Shown: positions 39,401 through 52,852 of the stretch, in pieces | Numbering within the stretch: the first letter of the stretch is position 1 | How the letters are laid out: every line of letters starts with the position of its first letter | NCBI GenBank assembly: GCA_012295275.1 | Contig: CM022668.1 | Span: 1-64,000, forward strand | DNA length: 64,000 bases | Source: Chrysomallon squamiferum | Taxonomy: Eukaryota > Animalia > Mollusca | Direction: 5' to 3' | The notes under the pieces: model-generated | Seen by the model: only the letters and a program-made list of their open reading frames with translations | What the model was told of the DNA's origin: nothing | Databases searched by the model: none | Translations under genes and position numbers: made by a program

Positions 39401-42400
39401 AATTATGTAAGTAAGAAAATAATGTAACTAATTACCTAAATTAGCAATAAGTAAAAGTAAAAGTAAATGTAAATAAATAATTAAGTAAGTAAAAAAAAAA
39501 GTAAATAAATTAAAAATAAAAAATAATAAATAAAAGTAAAATAAAGTAATTAATAAGTAAAAAGAAAGAAAGTAAAAAGTAAATAATAAATAATAAAAGT
39601 AATTTTAAGCAATTAAAAAAAAATGCAAGTAAGTAATACAAGTAAGTAAGTACCAAAAGTAAAATTAAATAAATAATTAAGTAAACTAAGTAATAAGAAA
39701 GCAATTTAAGTAACTAAGTAAATAAATAAGTAAATAAGTAAAAAATAATTAATAAGAATAAAAAAAATAAGCTAAAAAGGAAACAAGTAACTAAGTAAGT
39801 AAGAAAAACAAAAAATTAACAAATGTAAGTAAGAAAGTAAGTAAGTAAATAAATAATGACCTAAGTTAAAAAATAATAATAATAATAAGTAATTAAGTAA
39901 GTAAATGTAAGTAATAATAACCTAAGTAAGTAAGTGTACATTAACAATTATCTAACTAAGATCTAAATAAATAATTAAAATAATAATAAAAAATGTAATA
40001 AAATAAAAAGTAAGCAAGGAGTAAGTAAGTAAAGTGCAAATGCAGTAAAACAATTATCTAAATTAATAAAAAATAAATAAATTAAGTAATTAAGTAAACA
40101 ATGACCTAAGTAAGTAAAAGGAAACAAGTAACTAAGTAAAAATGTCAGTACAATAAGTCAGTACATTAAGAATGTAAGTAAGAATGTAAAGTAAGAACTT
40201 AACTAATGTCCTAAATTAGCAAGGAAAAGTAAAAGTAAGTAAAGTAAATAGTAAGCTAATTAATTAATTAACAATTACCTAACTATGAAAAAAAAGTAAA
40301 TAAAACTAAATAATGATCTAAATTGGAAGGAAGGAAGTAAAGAAAAAACTAAGAGAAAATGCAAATTTGTACATTAACAATTATCTAAGGAAGAACTTAA
40401 TTAAGTACGTAAATAATGACCTAAGTAAGCAAGGTTGCAAGTTACTAAGTTAGTGAGAATGCAAGTAAGTACATTAACAATTATCTAAGGAAGAAATAAA
40501 TTCAGTACTTACGTAAAAATGAGCTAACTAAGCAAGGAAACAAGTAACTAAGTAAGTGAGAATGTAAGTCATTGCATTAACAATTATGTGAGTAAGAATG
40601 TAAGTAAGTACTTAACTAATGACCTAAGTTAGTAAGAAGGTAAATAGTAACCTAAGTTAACTAATGACCTAAGTAATAAGTAAAATAAGTAAATAAAGTA
40701 AGTAAATAAGCAACCTAAGTAAGTAATTAACAATTACTAATAATAAAAAAGAAAGTAAATAAACGTAAATAATGATAATAAGGAAAATAACTAAAAAAAA
40801 GCAACAAAACTAAAGAAAATGCAAATTTACCTAAGAACGTACTAAATAATAACCTAAGTAAAGAAGTAATTAAGTACGTAAATAATAACCTAAGTAAGCA
40901 AGGATGCAAGTTACTAAGTTAGTGAGAATGCAAGTAAGTACGTTAACAATTATCTAAGTAAGAAATAAATTTAGTACTTACGTAAATAATGAGCTAAGAA
41001 TGCAAGGAAACAAGTAACTAAGTAAGTGAGAATGCAAGTCAGTACATTTAACAATTATGTGAGTAAGAAATGTGAAGTAGTACTTACTTAACTAATGTCC
41101 TATTTAGCCTAGGAAGGAGTAAAAGTAAGTAAAAGTAAGTAAGTAACAATTAATTAACAATTAACTAATGAAATAAAGTAAGTAAAACTAAATAATAACC
41201 TATCTATGGATGGGAAAACCAAAAGTAAAAAAAATAATGTACAATAACAATTATCTAAAATAAGAAATTAATTAAGTACGAAAATAAGTTAAATTAACTA
41301 AGTTAAAAACAAATAAGTAAGTAAACAATTATCTAAGAAATAAATAAATTAAGTAATTAAGTAAAAAAAAAATTAATTAAGCAAGAATTAAGTAAAGTAA
41401 GTAAGTGAAATGTAAAAATAAATAACAAACTAAAATAAATAAGTAAAGAAAAATAAACTAAACCTAGCTAAGTAAGAAAAGTAAGTAAGTAAATAACAAT
41501 TAATAAATTACATTAAAATTACCTAAAAAGAAAGAAAGTAAGTAAATACTAAATAATGATCTAAATTGGGAAGGAAGAGTAAACTAAAGAAAATGCAAAA
41601 CATGTACATTAACAATTATTAACAATTATCTAAGTAAATAAAGAATTAATTAAGTAATGTAAATAACCTACCTAAAAAAACCTAAGTAAGCAAGGATGCA
41701 AAGTAAAAGCAAAGATAAATGCAAGTAAATTATTAACAATTATCTATTAAATAAATAAATTAAGTAATTACGTAAATAATAACCTAAGTAAGCAAGGAAG
41801 TAAAGTAAGTAAGTAAGTCAGAAAAGTCATTCAATACATTTACAAAGAATGTGTAAGTAAGAATGTAAGTAAGAACTTAACTAATGTCCTAAATTAAGCA
41901 ATAAAATAAAGTAAAGATAATAAGTAAGTAAAAGCTAAGTAAGTACATTAACAATTAGTAATTAACTACTAAACTATGAAAGAAATAAATAAGAAAATAC
42001 TAAATAATGATCTAAATTGGGAAGGAAGCGACCAACTAAGAGAAAATGCAAATTTGTACATTAACAATTATCTAAGGAAGAACTTAATTAAGTACGTAAA
42101 TAATGACCTAAGTAAGCAAGGTTGCAAGTTACTAAGTTAGTGAGAATGCAAGTAAGTACATTAACAATTATCTAAGGAAGAAATAAATTCAGTACTTACG
42201 TAAATAATGAGCTAACTAAGCAAGGAAACAAGTAACTAAAGTAAGTGAGAATGTAAGTCATTAAAATTAACAATGAATGTAAGTAAGAAAGTAAGAAGTA
42301 AGTAACAAGTAATTAAAATAATGACCTAAGTAAGTAAAAGAAAGTAAATAAGTAAGTAAAAAAACCTAATAAGTAAATAATAAATTAAGAAAAGAATAAA

Positions 42401-45400
42401 AAAAAAGTAAATAAATAAAAGTAAAAAAATAAAAAAAAGTAAATAAAACAAAAGTAAGTAAGTAAAGTAATAAAGTAAAAAAATGGCTAAAATAAAAATA
42501 AACTAAACTAAGCAAGTAAATAAAATAAATTAATTAATTAACAATTATCTAAGTAAGAAATAAATTAATTAAGTACGTAAATAATGACCTAAGTAAGCAA
42601 GGAGGAAGCAAAACTAAGTAAGTAAGAAAGAAAAGAGTCAGTACAAGTTAACTAAAGACCTAAAAAGTAAATAATAAAAATAATGTTAACAAAGTAAACT
42701 AAAAGTAAATTAAATAAATTAAAATAAAAAAGAAAAAAAAAAAAACTAAAAAAGAATTAAGTAAGTAAAAATAATAACCTAAGTAAAAAAAATGCAATTA
42801 AATAAGTAAATTAAGTAAAACAATTATCTAAAAAAGAAATAAATAAGTAAGTAATAAAATAAACTTAAAGGAAAAAAAAATTAATAAAAGTAAAATAAGT
42901 AATAAAATTAAGTAATAAAGTAAGTAAGTAACTAATGACCTAAATAATTATAATAAGTAATGTAATTAATAGCAATTAAATAATTAACAATAAATAAAAA
43001 ATAAAAGTAAGTAATAATAAATAAATAATAAAAGGAAAAGTAATAATAAAGGAAGTAAAGTAAGTAAGTAAGTAAAGGCATGTCAGTACAAGAAATTGCA
43101 AAAGTAATGTAACAATTATTATGTAAAAAGTAAGTAAGTAAGTAAAATGTAAGTAAATTATAAAAATTAAATTATCTAAGTAAAAAGTAAAAATAAGTAA
43201 GTTAATAAATAAAAAATTAATAAAAAATAAAAAGAAAGTAAAATAAATCCTAAAAATAAAAAAAAAAGTAAATAAAGTAAAAGTAATAAAATAAAATAAA
43301 AAAAAAATTAAATAAATTAAATAAATAAATTAACGATTAAAATAGAAAACTAAAAATTAACAAGTAAAGTAAGAAAATTAATAAGTTAAGTAAATAATGA
43401 CCTAAATCAAGGTTCCAAGTTACTAAGTTAGTGAGAATGCAAGTAAGTACATTATCAATTATCTAAGGAAGAAATAAATTCAGTACTTAGGTAAATAATG
43501 AGCTAACTAAGCAAGGAAACAAGTAACTAAGTAAGTGAGAATGTAAGTCATTGCATTAACAATTATGTGAGTAAGAATGTAAGTAAGTACTTAACTAATG
43601 ACCTAAGTTAGCAGGGAAGATAATAAGTAAGTAAATAGCAACCTAAGTAAGTACATTAACAATTACCTAATAATCAAAGAAAGTAAGTAAGTAAAGTAAG
43701 TACGTAAATAATGAAATAATGATCTAATATGGAGCAAGGAGCAAAAGCAAATTATACAACAAAAAGAAAATGCAAATTCGTACATTAACAATTACCTAAG
43801 TAAGAACGTAATTAAGTACGTAAATAATCACCTAAGTAAGCAAGGATGCTACTTACTAAGTTAGTGAGAATGCAAGTAAGTATGTTTACAATTATCTAAG
43901 TAAGAAATAAATCATGTAATTACGTAAATAATAACCTAAGTAAGCAAGGAAGCAAGTAACTAAGTAAGTCAGAATGCATGTCAGTACATTTACAATTATG
44001 TGAGTAAGAATGTAAGTAAGAACTTAACTAATGTCCTAAATTAGCAAAGGAAGCGAGTAAGTTAGTAAATAGTGAGCTAAGTAAGTACATTAACAATTAC
44101 CTAACTATGAAAGAAGGTAAGTAAATACTAAATAATGATCTAAATTGGGATGGAAGCGACCAACTAAGAGAAAATGCAAATTTGTACATTAACAATTATC
44201 TAAGGAAGAACTTAATTAAGTACGTAAATAATGACCTAAGTAAGCAAGGTTCCAAGTTACTAAGTTAGTGAGAATGCAAGTAAGTACATTATCAATTATC
44301 TAAGGAAGAAATAAATTCAGTACTTAGGTAAATAATGAGCTAACTAAGCAAGGAAACAAGTAACTAAGTAAGTGAGAATGTAAGTCATTGCATTAACAAT
44401 TATGTGAGTAAGAATGTAAGTAAGTACTTAACTAATGACCTAAGTTAGCAGGGAAGATAATAAGTAAGTAAATAGCAACCTAAGTAAGTACATTAACAAT
44501 TACCTAATAATCAAAGAAAGTAAGTAAGTACGTAAATAATGATCTAATATGGCAAGGAAGCGAGCAACTAAGAGAAAATGCAAATTCGAACGAACATTAA
44601 CAATTACCTAAGTAAGTAAATAAATAATTAAGTACGTAAATAATCACCCTAAAAAGCAACTACTTTAAGTTAGTTAGTGAGAAAAGCAAGTAATGTTTAC
44701 AACAATTAATAAGTAAAAAATAAATAAATAAAATAATTACGTAAATAAAAAAATAAAATAAATAATAAGTAAAAATAACATAAAGTCAGAAGCAACATTT
44801 ACAATTACAAAGAATAAGAATGTAGTAAAGTAACTAATGTCCTAATTTAGTAAGTAAAGTAAGTAAATTAGTAAATTAGTAAAAGTAAAGTAAGTAATTA
44901 ATTAATTAGTAACTAAATAAATTAATAAATTAAGTAAAATAAGTAAATAAAATAAACTAAATACTAAAAATAAAATAACCTAAAAAAAAAAAAGTAAAAC
45001 TAAAATAATGATCTAAAAAAAAAAAAAATTTGTAAATTAAAAAAAATTAAAAAATCTAAGTAAAAACTTAATTAAGTACGTAAATAATGACCTAAGTAAG
45101 CAAGGTTCCAAGTTACTAAGTTAGTGAGAATGCAAGTAAGTACATTATCAATTATCTAAGGAAGAAATAAATTCAGTACTTAGGTAAAAAATAATGAGCT
45201 AACTAAGCAAGGAAACAAGTAACTAAGTAAGTGAGAATGTAAGTCATTGCATTAACAATTATGTGAGTAAGAATGTAAGTAAGTACTTAACTAATGACCT
45301 AAGTTAGCAGGGAAGATAATAAGTAAGTAAATAGCAACCTAAGTAAGTACATTAACAATTACCTAATAATCAAAGAAAGTAAGTAAGTACGTAAATAATG

Positions 45401-48400
45401 ATCTAATATGGCAAGGAAGCGAGAAAGTAAGTAAGTACGTAAATAAGATCTAATATGGCAAGGAAGCGAGCAACTAAGAGAAAATGCAAATTCGTACATT
45501 AACAATTACCTAAGTAAGAACGTAATTAAGTACGTAAATAATCACCTAAGTAAGCAAGGATGCTACTTACTAAGTTAGTGAGAATGCAAGTAAGTATGTT
45601 TACAATTATCTAAGTAAGAAATAAATCATGTAATTACGTAAATAATAACCTAAGTAAGCAAGGAAGCAAGTAACTAAGTAAGTCAGAATGCATGTCAGTA
45701 CATTTACAATTATGTGAGTAAGAATGTAAGTAAGAACTTAACTAATGTCCTAAATTAGCAAGGAAGCAAGTAAGTTAGTAAATAAGTAAGTTAGTAAGTA
45801 CCTAAGTAAGTAAAATAAATTAACCTAAAAGAAAAATAAATAATAACTAATAATAAAAAATAAAAAAATAAAATAACTAAATAAAAAAAAAAATAAAAAT
45901 AAATAAAAATGAATTAATAACAAAGGAAACAATTAAAAAAAAAAAAGAAAATAATTAATTAATTAAAATTATCTAATAAAACTAATTAAGTAAGTAAATA
46001 ATGTAAAATTACTAAGTAAGCAAGGTTAACAAGTACATTACAATTATCAATTAGGTAATTAAAATTAATAAAAGGAAAAATAAACTAAGTACTAACGTAA
46101 ATAAATAAGCTAACTAAGCAAGGAAACAAGTAACTAAGTAAGTGAGAATGTAAGTCATTGCATTAACAATTATGTGAGTAAGAATGTAAGTAAGTACTTA
46201 ACTAATGACCTAAGTTAGCAGGGAAGATAATAAGTAAGTAAATAGCAACCTAAGTAAGTACATTAACAATTACCTAATAATCAAAGAAAGTAAGTACGTA
46301 AATAATGATCTAATATAAAAAATAAAGAAAATGCAAGGAAAATTAAAAAGGAAACAAAAAGAAATAAGCAAGAAAATAATTAAAATTAATTAACAAAATA
46401 AGTAACCTAAGTAAATAATTAATAATACCTAAGTAAGAAAAATAAGATGCTATTAAAATAGTGAGAATGCAAAAGCAATGTTTACAATAATAAGTAATAA
46501 AGAATATAAAGTAAAAATAAAAAGTAAAAATAAAATAAATAAGTAAATTAAGTAAATAATAACCTAAAAGAATGCAAGAAAGCAAATTTCAGAAATATGT
46601 CACAAATATGAATGTAAGTAAGAACTTAACTAATGTCCTAAATTCCTAAAGTAAGAACTTAACTAATGTCCTAAATTAGCAAGGAAGCGAGTAAGTTAGT
46701 AAATAGTGAGCTAAGTAAGTACATTAACAATTACCTAACTATGAAAGAAGGTAAGTAAATACTAAATAATGATCTAAATTGGGATGGAAGCGACCAAGTA
46801 AGAGAAAATGCAAATTTGTACATTAACAATTATCTAAGGAAGAACTTAATTAATTAAGAACTAAAGAATTAACGTAAATAATGTAAATAATGACCTAAGT
46901 AAGCAAGGTTCCAAGTTACTAAGTTAGTGAGAATGCAAGTAAGTACATTATCAATTATCTAAGTAAGAAATAAATCTAAGAAAAGAAATAAATTCAGTAC
47001 TTAGGAAAAAAAACTAAGCTAACTAAAAGGAAACAAACAAGTAAGTAAGTGAGAATGTGAGAATGTAAGTCAATTGCATTAGTAAGAATGTAAGTAAGAA
47101 GTAAGTAACTAAATACTTAACTAATGACCTAAATAATAAGGAAAATAATAAAAGTAAATAAGTAAACCTAATTAATTAATTAACAAATAATAATAATAAA
47201 AAGAAAGTAAGTAAGTAAATAAATAATCTAAATTGGCAAGGAAGCGAGCAACTAAGAGAAAATGCAAATTTGTACATTAACAATTACCTAAGTAAGAACG
47301 TAATTAAGTACGTAAATAATCACCTAAGTAAGCAAGGATGCTACTTACTAAGTTAGTGAGAATGCAAGTAAGAATGCAAGTAAGTATGTTTACAATTATC
47401 TAAGTAAGAAATAAATCATGTAATTACGTAAATAATGACCTAAGTAAGCAAGGAAGCAAGTAACTAAGTAAGTCAGAATGCATGTCAGTACATTTACAAT
47501 TATGTGAGTAAGAATGTAAGTAAGAACTTAACTAATGTCCTAAATTAGCAAGGAAGCGAGTAAGTTAGTAAGTAAGCTAAGTAAGTAATTAATTAATTAA
47601 ACTATTAACAAACTAAGAAGGAAAGTAAATACTAATAATAAAATTAAATTGGGATGGACCAAGACCAAAAAAAAGAAAACATTAAAATTATTAATTAACA
47701 ATTAGAACTTAAAGAACTTAATTAAATAACGTAAATAATGACCTAAGCAAAGCAAGTTTATCCAAATTACTAAGTTAAGAAGTAAGTTAGTGAGAATGCA
47801 AGTAAGTACATTATCAATTATCTAAGGAAGAAATAAATTCAGTACTTAGGTAAATAATGAGCTAACTAAGCAAGGAAACAAGTAACTAAGTAAGTGAGAA
47901 TGTAAGTCATTGCATTAACAATTATGTGAGTAAGAATGTAAGTAAGTACTTAACTAATGACCTAAGTTAGCAGGGAAGATAATAAGTAAGTAAATAGCAA
48001 CCTAAGTAAGTACATTAACAATTACCTAATAATCAAAGAAAGTAAGTAAGTACGTAAATAATGATCTAATATGGCAAGGAAGCGAGCAACTAAGAGAAAA
48101 TGCAAATTCGTACATTAACAATTACCTAAGTAAGAACGTAATTAAGTACGTAAATAATCACCTAAGTAAGCAAGGATGCTACTTACTAAGTTAGTGAGAA
48201 TGCAAGTAAGTATGTTTACAATTATCTAAGTAAGAAATAAATTTAGTACTTACGTAAATAATGAGCTAAGAATGCAAGGAAACAAGTAACTATGTAAGTG
48301 AGAATGGAAGTCAGTAAATTAACAATTATGTGAGTAAGAATGTAAGTAAGTACTTAAATATTGACCTAAGTTAGCAAGGAAGCAAGCAAGAGAATAAGTA

Positions 48401-48900
48401 AATAAGTGTAGTTAAAGTAAGCAGAAGCTAAGTAAGTACATTAATTAATTATTAATAAGTAAGAAACTAAAAAGAAAGTAAGTATAATAAGTAATTGTCA
48501 ATTATATGTTCGGAACTAGTAAAGTAAGTAAATAAACCTAAGTAAGGATGTAAAGTGTAAAATGCAAATTAAGTAAATAACAACTAATAACCTAACTAAA
48601 GTAAGTAAGAACGTAATTAAGTACGTAAATAAATGAGAAAGTAAGCAAGGTTCCACTTAACAATTAAGTAATTAGTGAAATAAGTAAGTAGTAAGTACAT
48701 TAATAATTACCTAAGTAAAAAAATAAATTAAGTAATTACGTAAATAATGACCTAAGTAACAAAGAATAAAAAAGTAATAAATAAAAATAAAATAAGTTCA
48801 TTAACAATTATGTAAAAAGAAAGTAAGTAATTATATTAAATAACCTAAATTATAATTTTAAGGAATAATTAAAGTAAATAGTAACCTAAAGTAAGTACAT
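18444..48900 (+). repeat. ~30 kb satellite array, ~100-104 bp monomers in 11-mer (~1115 bp) and 8-mer (~0.81-0.86 kb) higher-order repeats
   Basis: Marker gggaagataataag at 21557 and 22672 (1115 bp apart); marker ggttccaag at 43411, 44248 and 45104. Clean stretches alternate with A-rich degraded stretches. Confidence 0.95.
30957..31156. other. Assembly gap (200 N)
   Basis: Exactly 200 N, a round placeholder length; true size unknown. Confidence 0.99.
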
Positions 48901-49707
48901 TAATAATTACCTAATAATCAAAGAAAAAGTAAGTAAAATAAATACGTAAATAATTACCTAAAAAAGAAGTAAAGTACGATAGTAAATAATAACCTAAAAT
49001 AAAAAAGTAAGTACATTAAACAATTATCTAACCTAAGGAAGAAAATAAGTAAGTACGTAAATAATTACCTAAGTAAGCAAAAGAAAGTAAGTAATAAAGA
49101 AAAAATTATTACAATAATCAACCTAAGGAAAATAAATAATTTCATAAATAATTACTTAAGTAAATAATGAAAGCTAACTAAATAAGGAAGTAAAATCTTA
49201 AATTACATAAATAATTACCTAAGCAAGAAAGTAAAAGTACATAAATAATTACCTAAGTAAGAAAAAATAATAACCTAAATTACCTAAGGAAGCAAGAAAA
49301 TACATAAATCATTACCTAGCTAAGGAAAGAAGCAAGTAAGTACTTGAATAATTACCTAAGTAAGCAGTAAGGCAAGTAAGTACGGAAATAATTACCTAAG
49401 TAAGTTAGGATGTAGGTAAGAACTCTAAGAATTATCTAACTAAGAAAGAAAATAATTAAGTTCGTGAATAATTAGCTAAGTAAGCAAGAAAGCAAGTAAG
49501 TACGTAAATAATTACCTAAGTAAACGAGTAAGTTAGTAAGTACGAAAATAATTGCATAATTAAGTAAGGAAGCAAGTAAGTACGTAAATAATTACCTAAC
49601 AAAGAAAGTAAGTATGTACGTAAATAATTACGTAAGTAAGGAAGAAAGCAAGTAAATGCGTAAATAATTATCTAAGTAAGAAAGAAAATAAGTAACTACG
49701 TAAATAA
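48901..49707 (+). repeat. 40-bp satellite variant, copy 2
   Basis: 49281-49707 matches 2134-2560. The left boundary is approximate because the sequence there is degraded. Confidence 0.85.
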
Positions 49708-50470
49708 TTAGGGTTTTACCACTGCAACAACAGCAGATATGTAATGGACGTCTTACAACAATAAATATGGATATACCTAGTGCTTTTCTACCACAACAAC
49801 ACAACACACGTAATCGATGTCTGACAACAATAAATATGGTTATGGTTAGGGTTTTACCACTGCAATAACAGCAGCTATGAAGTCGATGTTTGACAACAAT
49901 ATTTATCGGTATGCATAGTCTTTTACCACTACAACAACAGCAGACATGTAGTCGATGTCCGATTATAATAAATATGGGATTTGGTACTGTTTTACTACTA
50001 CAACAACAGCAGACATGTATTTGATGTTTGACAATAATACATTTTTATATGGCTAATGTTTTAACACTAAAACAAAAGTAGATGTGATGTGTATGTCTGA
50101 CAACAATAAATATGGGTATAGCTACTGTTTACCACTACAACAACAGCAGACATGTAGTCGATGTCTGACAACAATAAATATGGCTTGTGTTTTACCACTA
50201 CAACAACAGCAGACATGTAGTCGATGTGTGACAACACCAACAAATATGGGTATGCCTAGTGTTTTACCACTACAACAACAGCAGACACATAGTCAATATC
50301 AGACAACAGTAAATATGGGTATCCCTTGTGTTTTACCACTACAACAACAGCAGAGATGTAACAACAATAAATATGGGTATCCTTAGAGTATTTCCACTAC
50401 TATAACAGCAGACAGGTAGTGTGTAGCTGACAGCAATAAATATGGGTAACACAGTGATTGAAATTGCCAC
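49708..50470 (+). repeat. ~70-bp minisatellite, copy 2, ~11 units
   Basis: Same unit as 2561-3250 with one extra unit near 50132-50195; source of the PLQQQQT repeat ORF 50084-50386. Confidence 0.92.
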
Positions 50471-52821
50471 TGGAAGGTCTGACAAAACCTTCAGAAAAAC
50501 CTAGTGAAACCTGTAATAGTATGAAGAAGACTTCTGAAACAGTCTCCTCTTTGCTTCATAAAGTTACACATTGAACCAGGTTATCTAAAGACTGCTTTTC
50601 AAAAGTCACTTCTTATATTAACTTAAACTTTTGCTCCATTTATATTCAAATAACCATATACTGCAATGAACGGTGGTAAGTACTATTACAATATAATTAA
50701 TGATCAGTCCATTTTTTTTGGTCTGTGTTTTCTTCTTTCGTTCTCACTCTAATGTGATTTGAGCCTGCACTGTGGAGAAAAAGGCACAACTGTTGCCAGT
50801 GCTGAAGAAAAATGCAAAGTGAAGTTTACAAATGTTAAACAGTTTAATTTTTGACAACATGAATCAAAGATGTATTTGACATAGGCAGAAATGACATAGA
50901 GCGAGGTAAGCTTAACACTTAAAATTTGTTATTATACAGTTTGACACCACTACAACTTTTAATAAAACAGAATAAACTACAGTTGCTGATCCAGTGGAGG
51001 TGAATTTACTTCTTTTTCTTATTTTCTTTTTCTTGTTTAATTTTCATTCCAAATATAATGATTGAATTTTACAAATTTTACTAAGTCACTCAAAATACAT
51101 TAAACATGATATCACAGACACCTGTAAGATATTTGTATCTGTGACATTTAATAATTTCATCTTAACCATAACAGTGTTGCCAATGTACAACACAAAACAA
51201 TGTATATACATCATTTTTTCCAACTGAAATTGGTTGTATTTTAATTACAACTGCTGGAAACTGGTGCATAATGAACTCTTCATAGCTGAAAGTACAATGA
51301 AAAGAAGCCTGTGATATTTCAGGCGAGAAATGGTATCCATCTGCCTGCATTTCTTGGATATGACACATGCATTGAAACCAGTAAAACATGAAGATATGCT
51401 GGATACGTGCAATTAGGAAAGAACCACCAGAGTGGTTATAGGTAACTCCATTCAAAACTGTTTAGATGTTGTGACATATGAGCTTAAACACAAAAGCAGT
51501 TCACTCTGAAGTAAGCAAAAGCAGATTTTAACAGTTTTATGGCTTTGCACCACACCACATGCTGTCCGAGTCCTTACTGCTTGACTAATTAATGAAACAC
51601 CTGTACTTCCCATTCTCTTTTATTCTTCTTTTATTACTTTTGCCAGATAAATCACATTAACATACTGATTTTACTACCGATTATTGATGCATACACATCA
51701 CCTAAAGTGTTTGTGACAGTCTAACTGATCTAACATTCTCAGCATTCATTAGAAAGAGAAAATGTTTAAATTTTTCTTTAAATCACAACTTAGCAAAATA
51801 TGTGCATCTTTGGGAAACAACTGGACTCCCAATCCAGCCACCACTAACCGTTATTTTATTTCTGGATCTGCAACTGAATTGGTTATTCCTATGTTTGGCT
51901 ATGACCAATGTTTTGCCGTGATTAAACTGGTTATTTCTGATGTTTGGTGCTAGAAATTCTGAAATCCAGTAGGTATCTCTCACATCAGATATTTTATTAT
52001 TTTACTCAGTGGGATATTATAATCTTTATGATTAAAAAATATTCTACAAATCTGCTCTACAAACAGAAAGATATCAGAATTATTCTACAAATCTGACATA
52101 AAAGCAGAAGACATCTTGAATCATGGCACCAATCTGCCATACAAACATGAAGATATCAGAATTATTACATAAACATGCCAGACAAATGTGAAGATATCTG
52201 AATATTCTACAAATGTGCAACACAAAGATACCTTCATTTATTCTACAAATCTGCCATGTAAATATGATGCCAAAAATTATAAATAAGAAAGCTAAACAGT
52301 TTACAGCAGATAAATTTGGATTATTATTTAGGGATCTTAAGCAAACTATTTCAAACTATGTTCTGGGAAAACAATAGGGGCCCTTAACTGAAATCCCAGG
52401 ACACAGAATTAAAATAGACAAGTAAATATCTGATGAAAAATTAAATTAATAAATAAAATAATGTTTATAGAAAAATAAATAAAATAAAATAAAATAACAT
52501 TTGAAATATTTTAAATATAAAATAAAAAATCATCAGTATTCACAGTGAAATTAGAAAGAGGAAATGAGAGAAACAAGACTGTTCACACATCACTCTTGTA
52601 TGATGCATGTAAAATATCCTTTGCTGTTAACTAGTAAAAATAAAACTACCAAACAGTTTGATCATCATACAATAAAAAAACATTAATTTCATTCAAAGTT
52701 GCTTTTTTAAAGACTTGTATATAATTCTGAAGTTCTCCATATTATTATTATTTCTGAGCTAATGGTGAAATGTTTTATTTCTTTAAATATCTCATTTATT
52801 TATTTTTATTTATTTTTTTTA

Positions 52822-52852
<31 letters not shown>

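Noticed and set aside
27807-46585. Minus-strand L/F/Y/I-rich ORFs in the satellite, and the X-filled ORF at 30927-31169
   Set aside because: Products of degraded satellite sequence and of the N gap.
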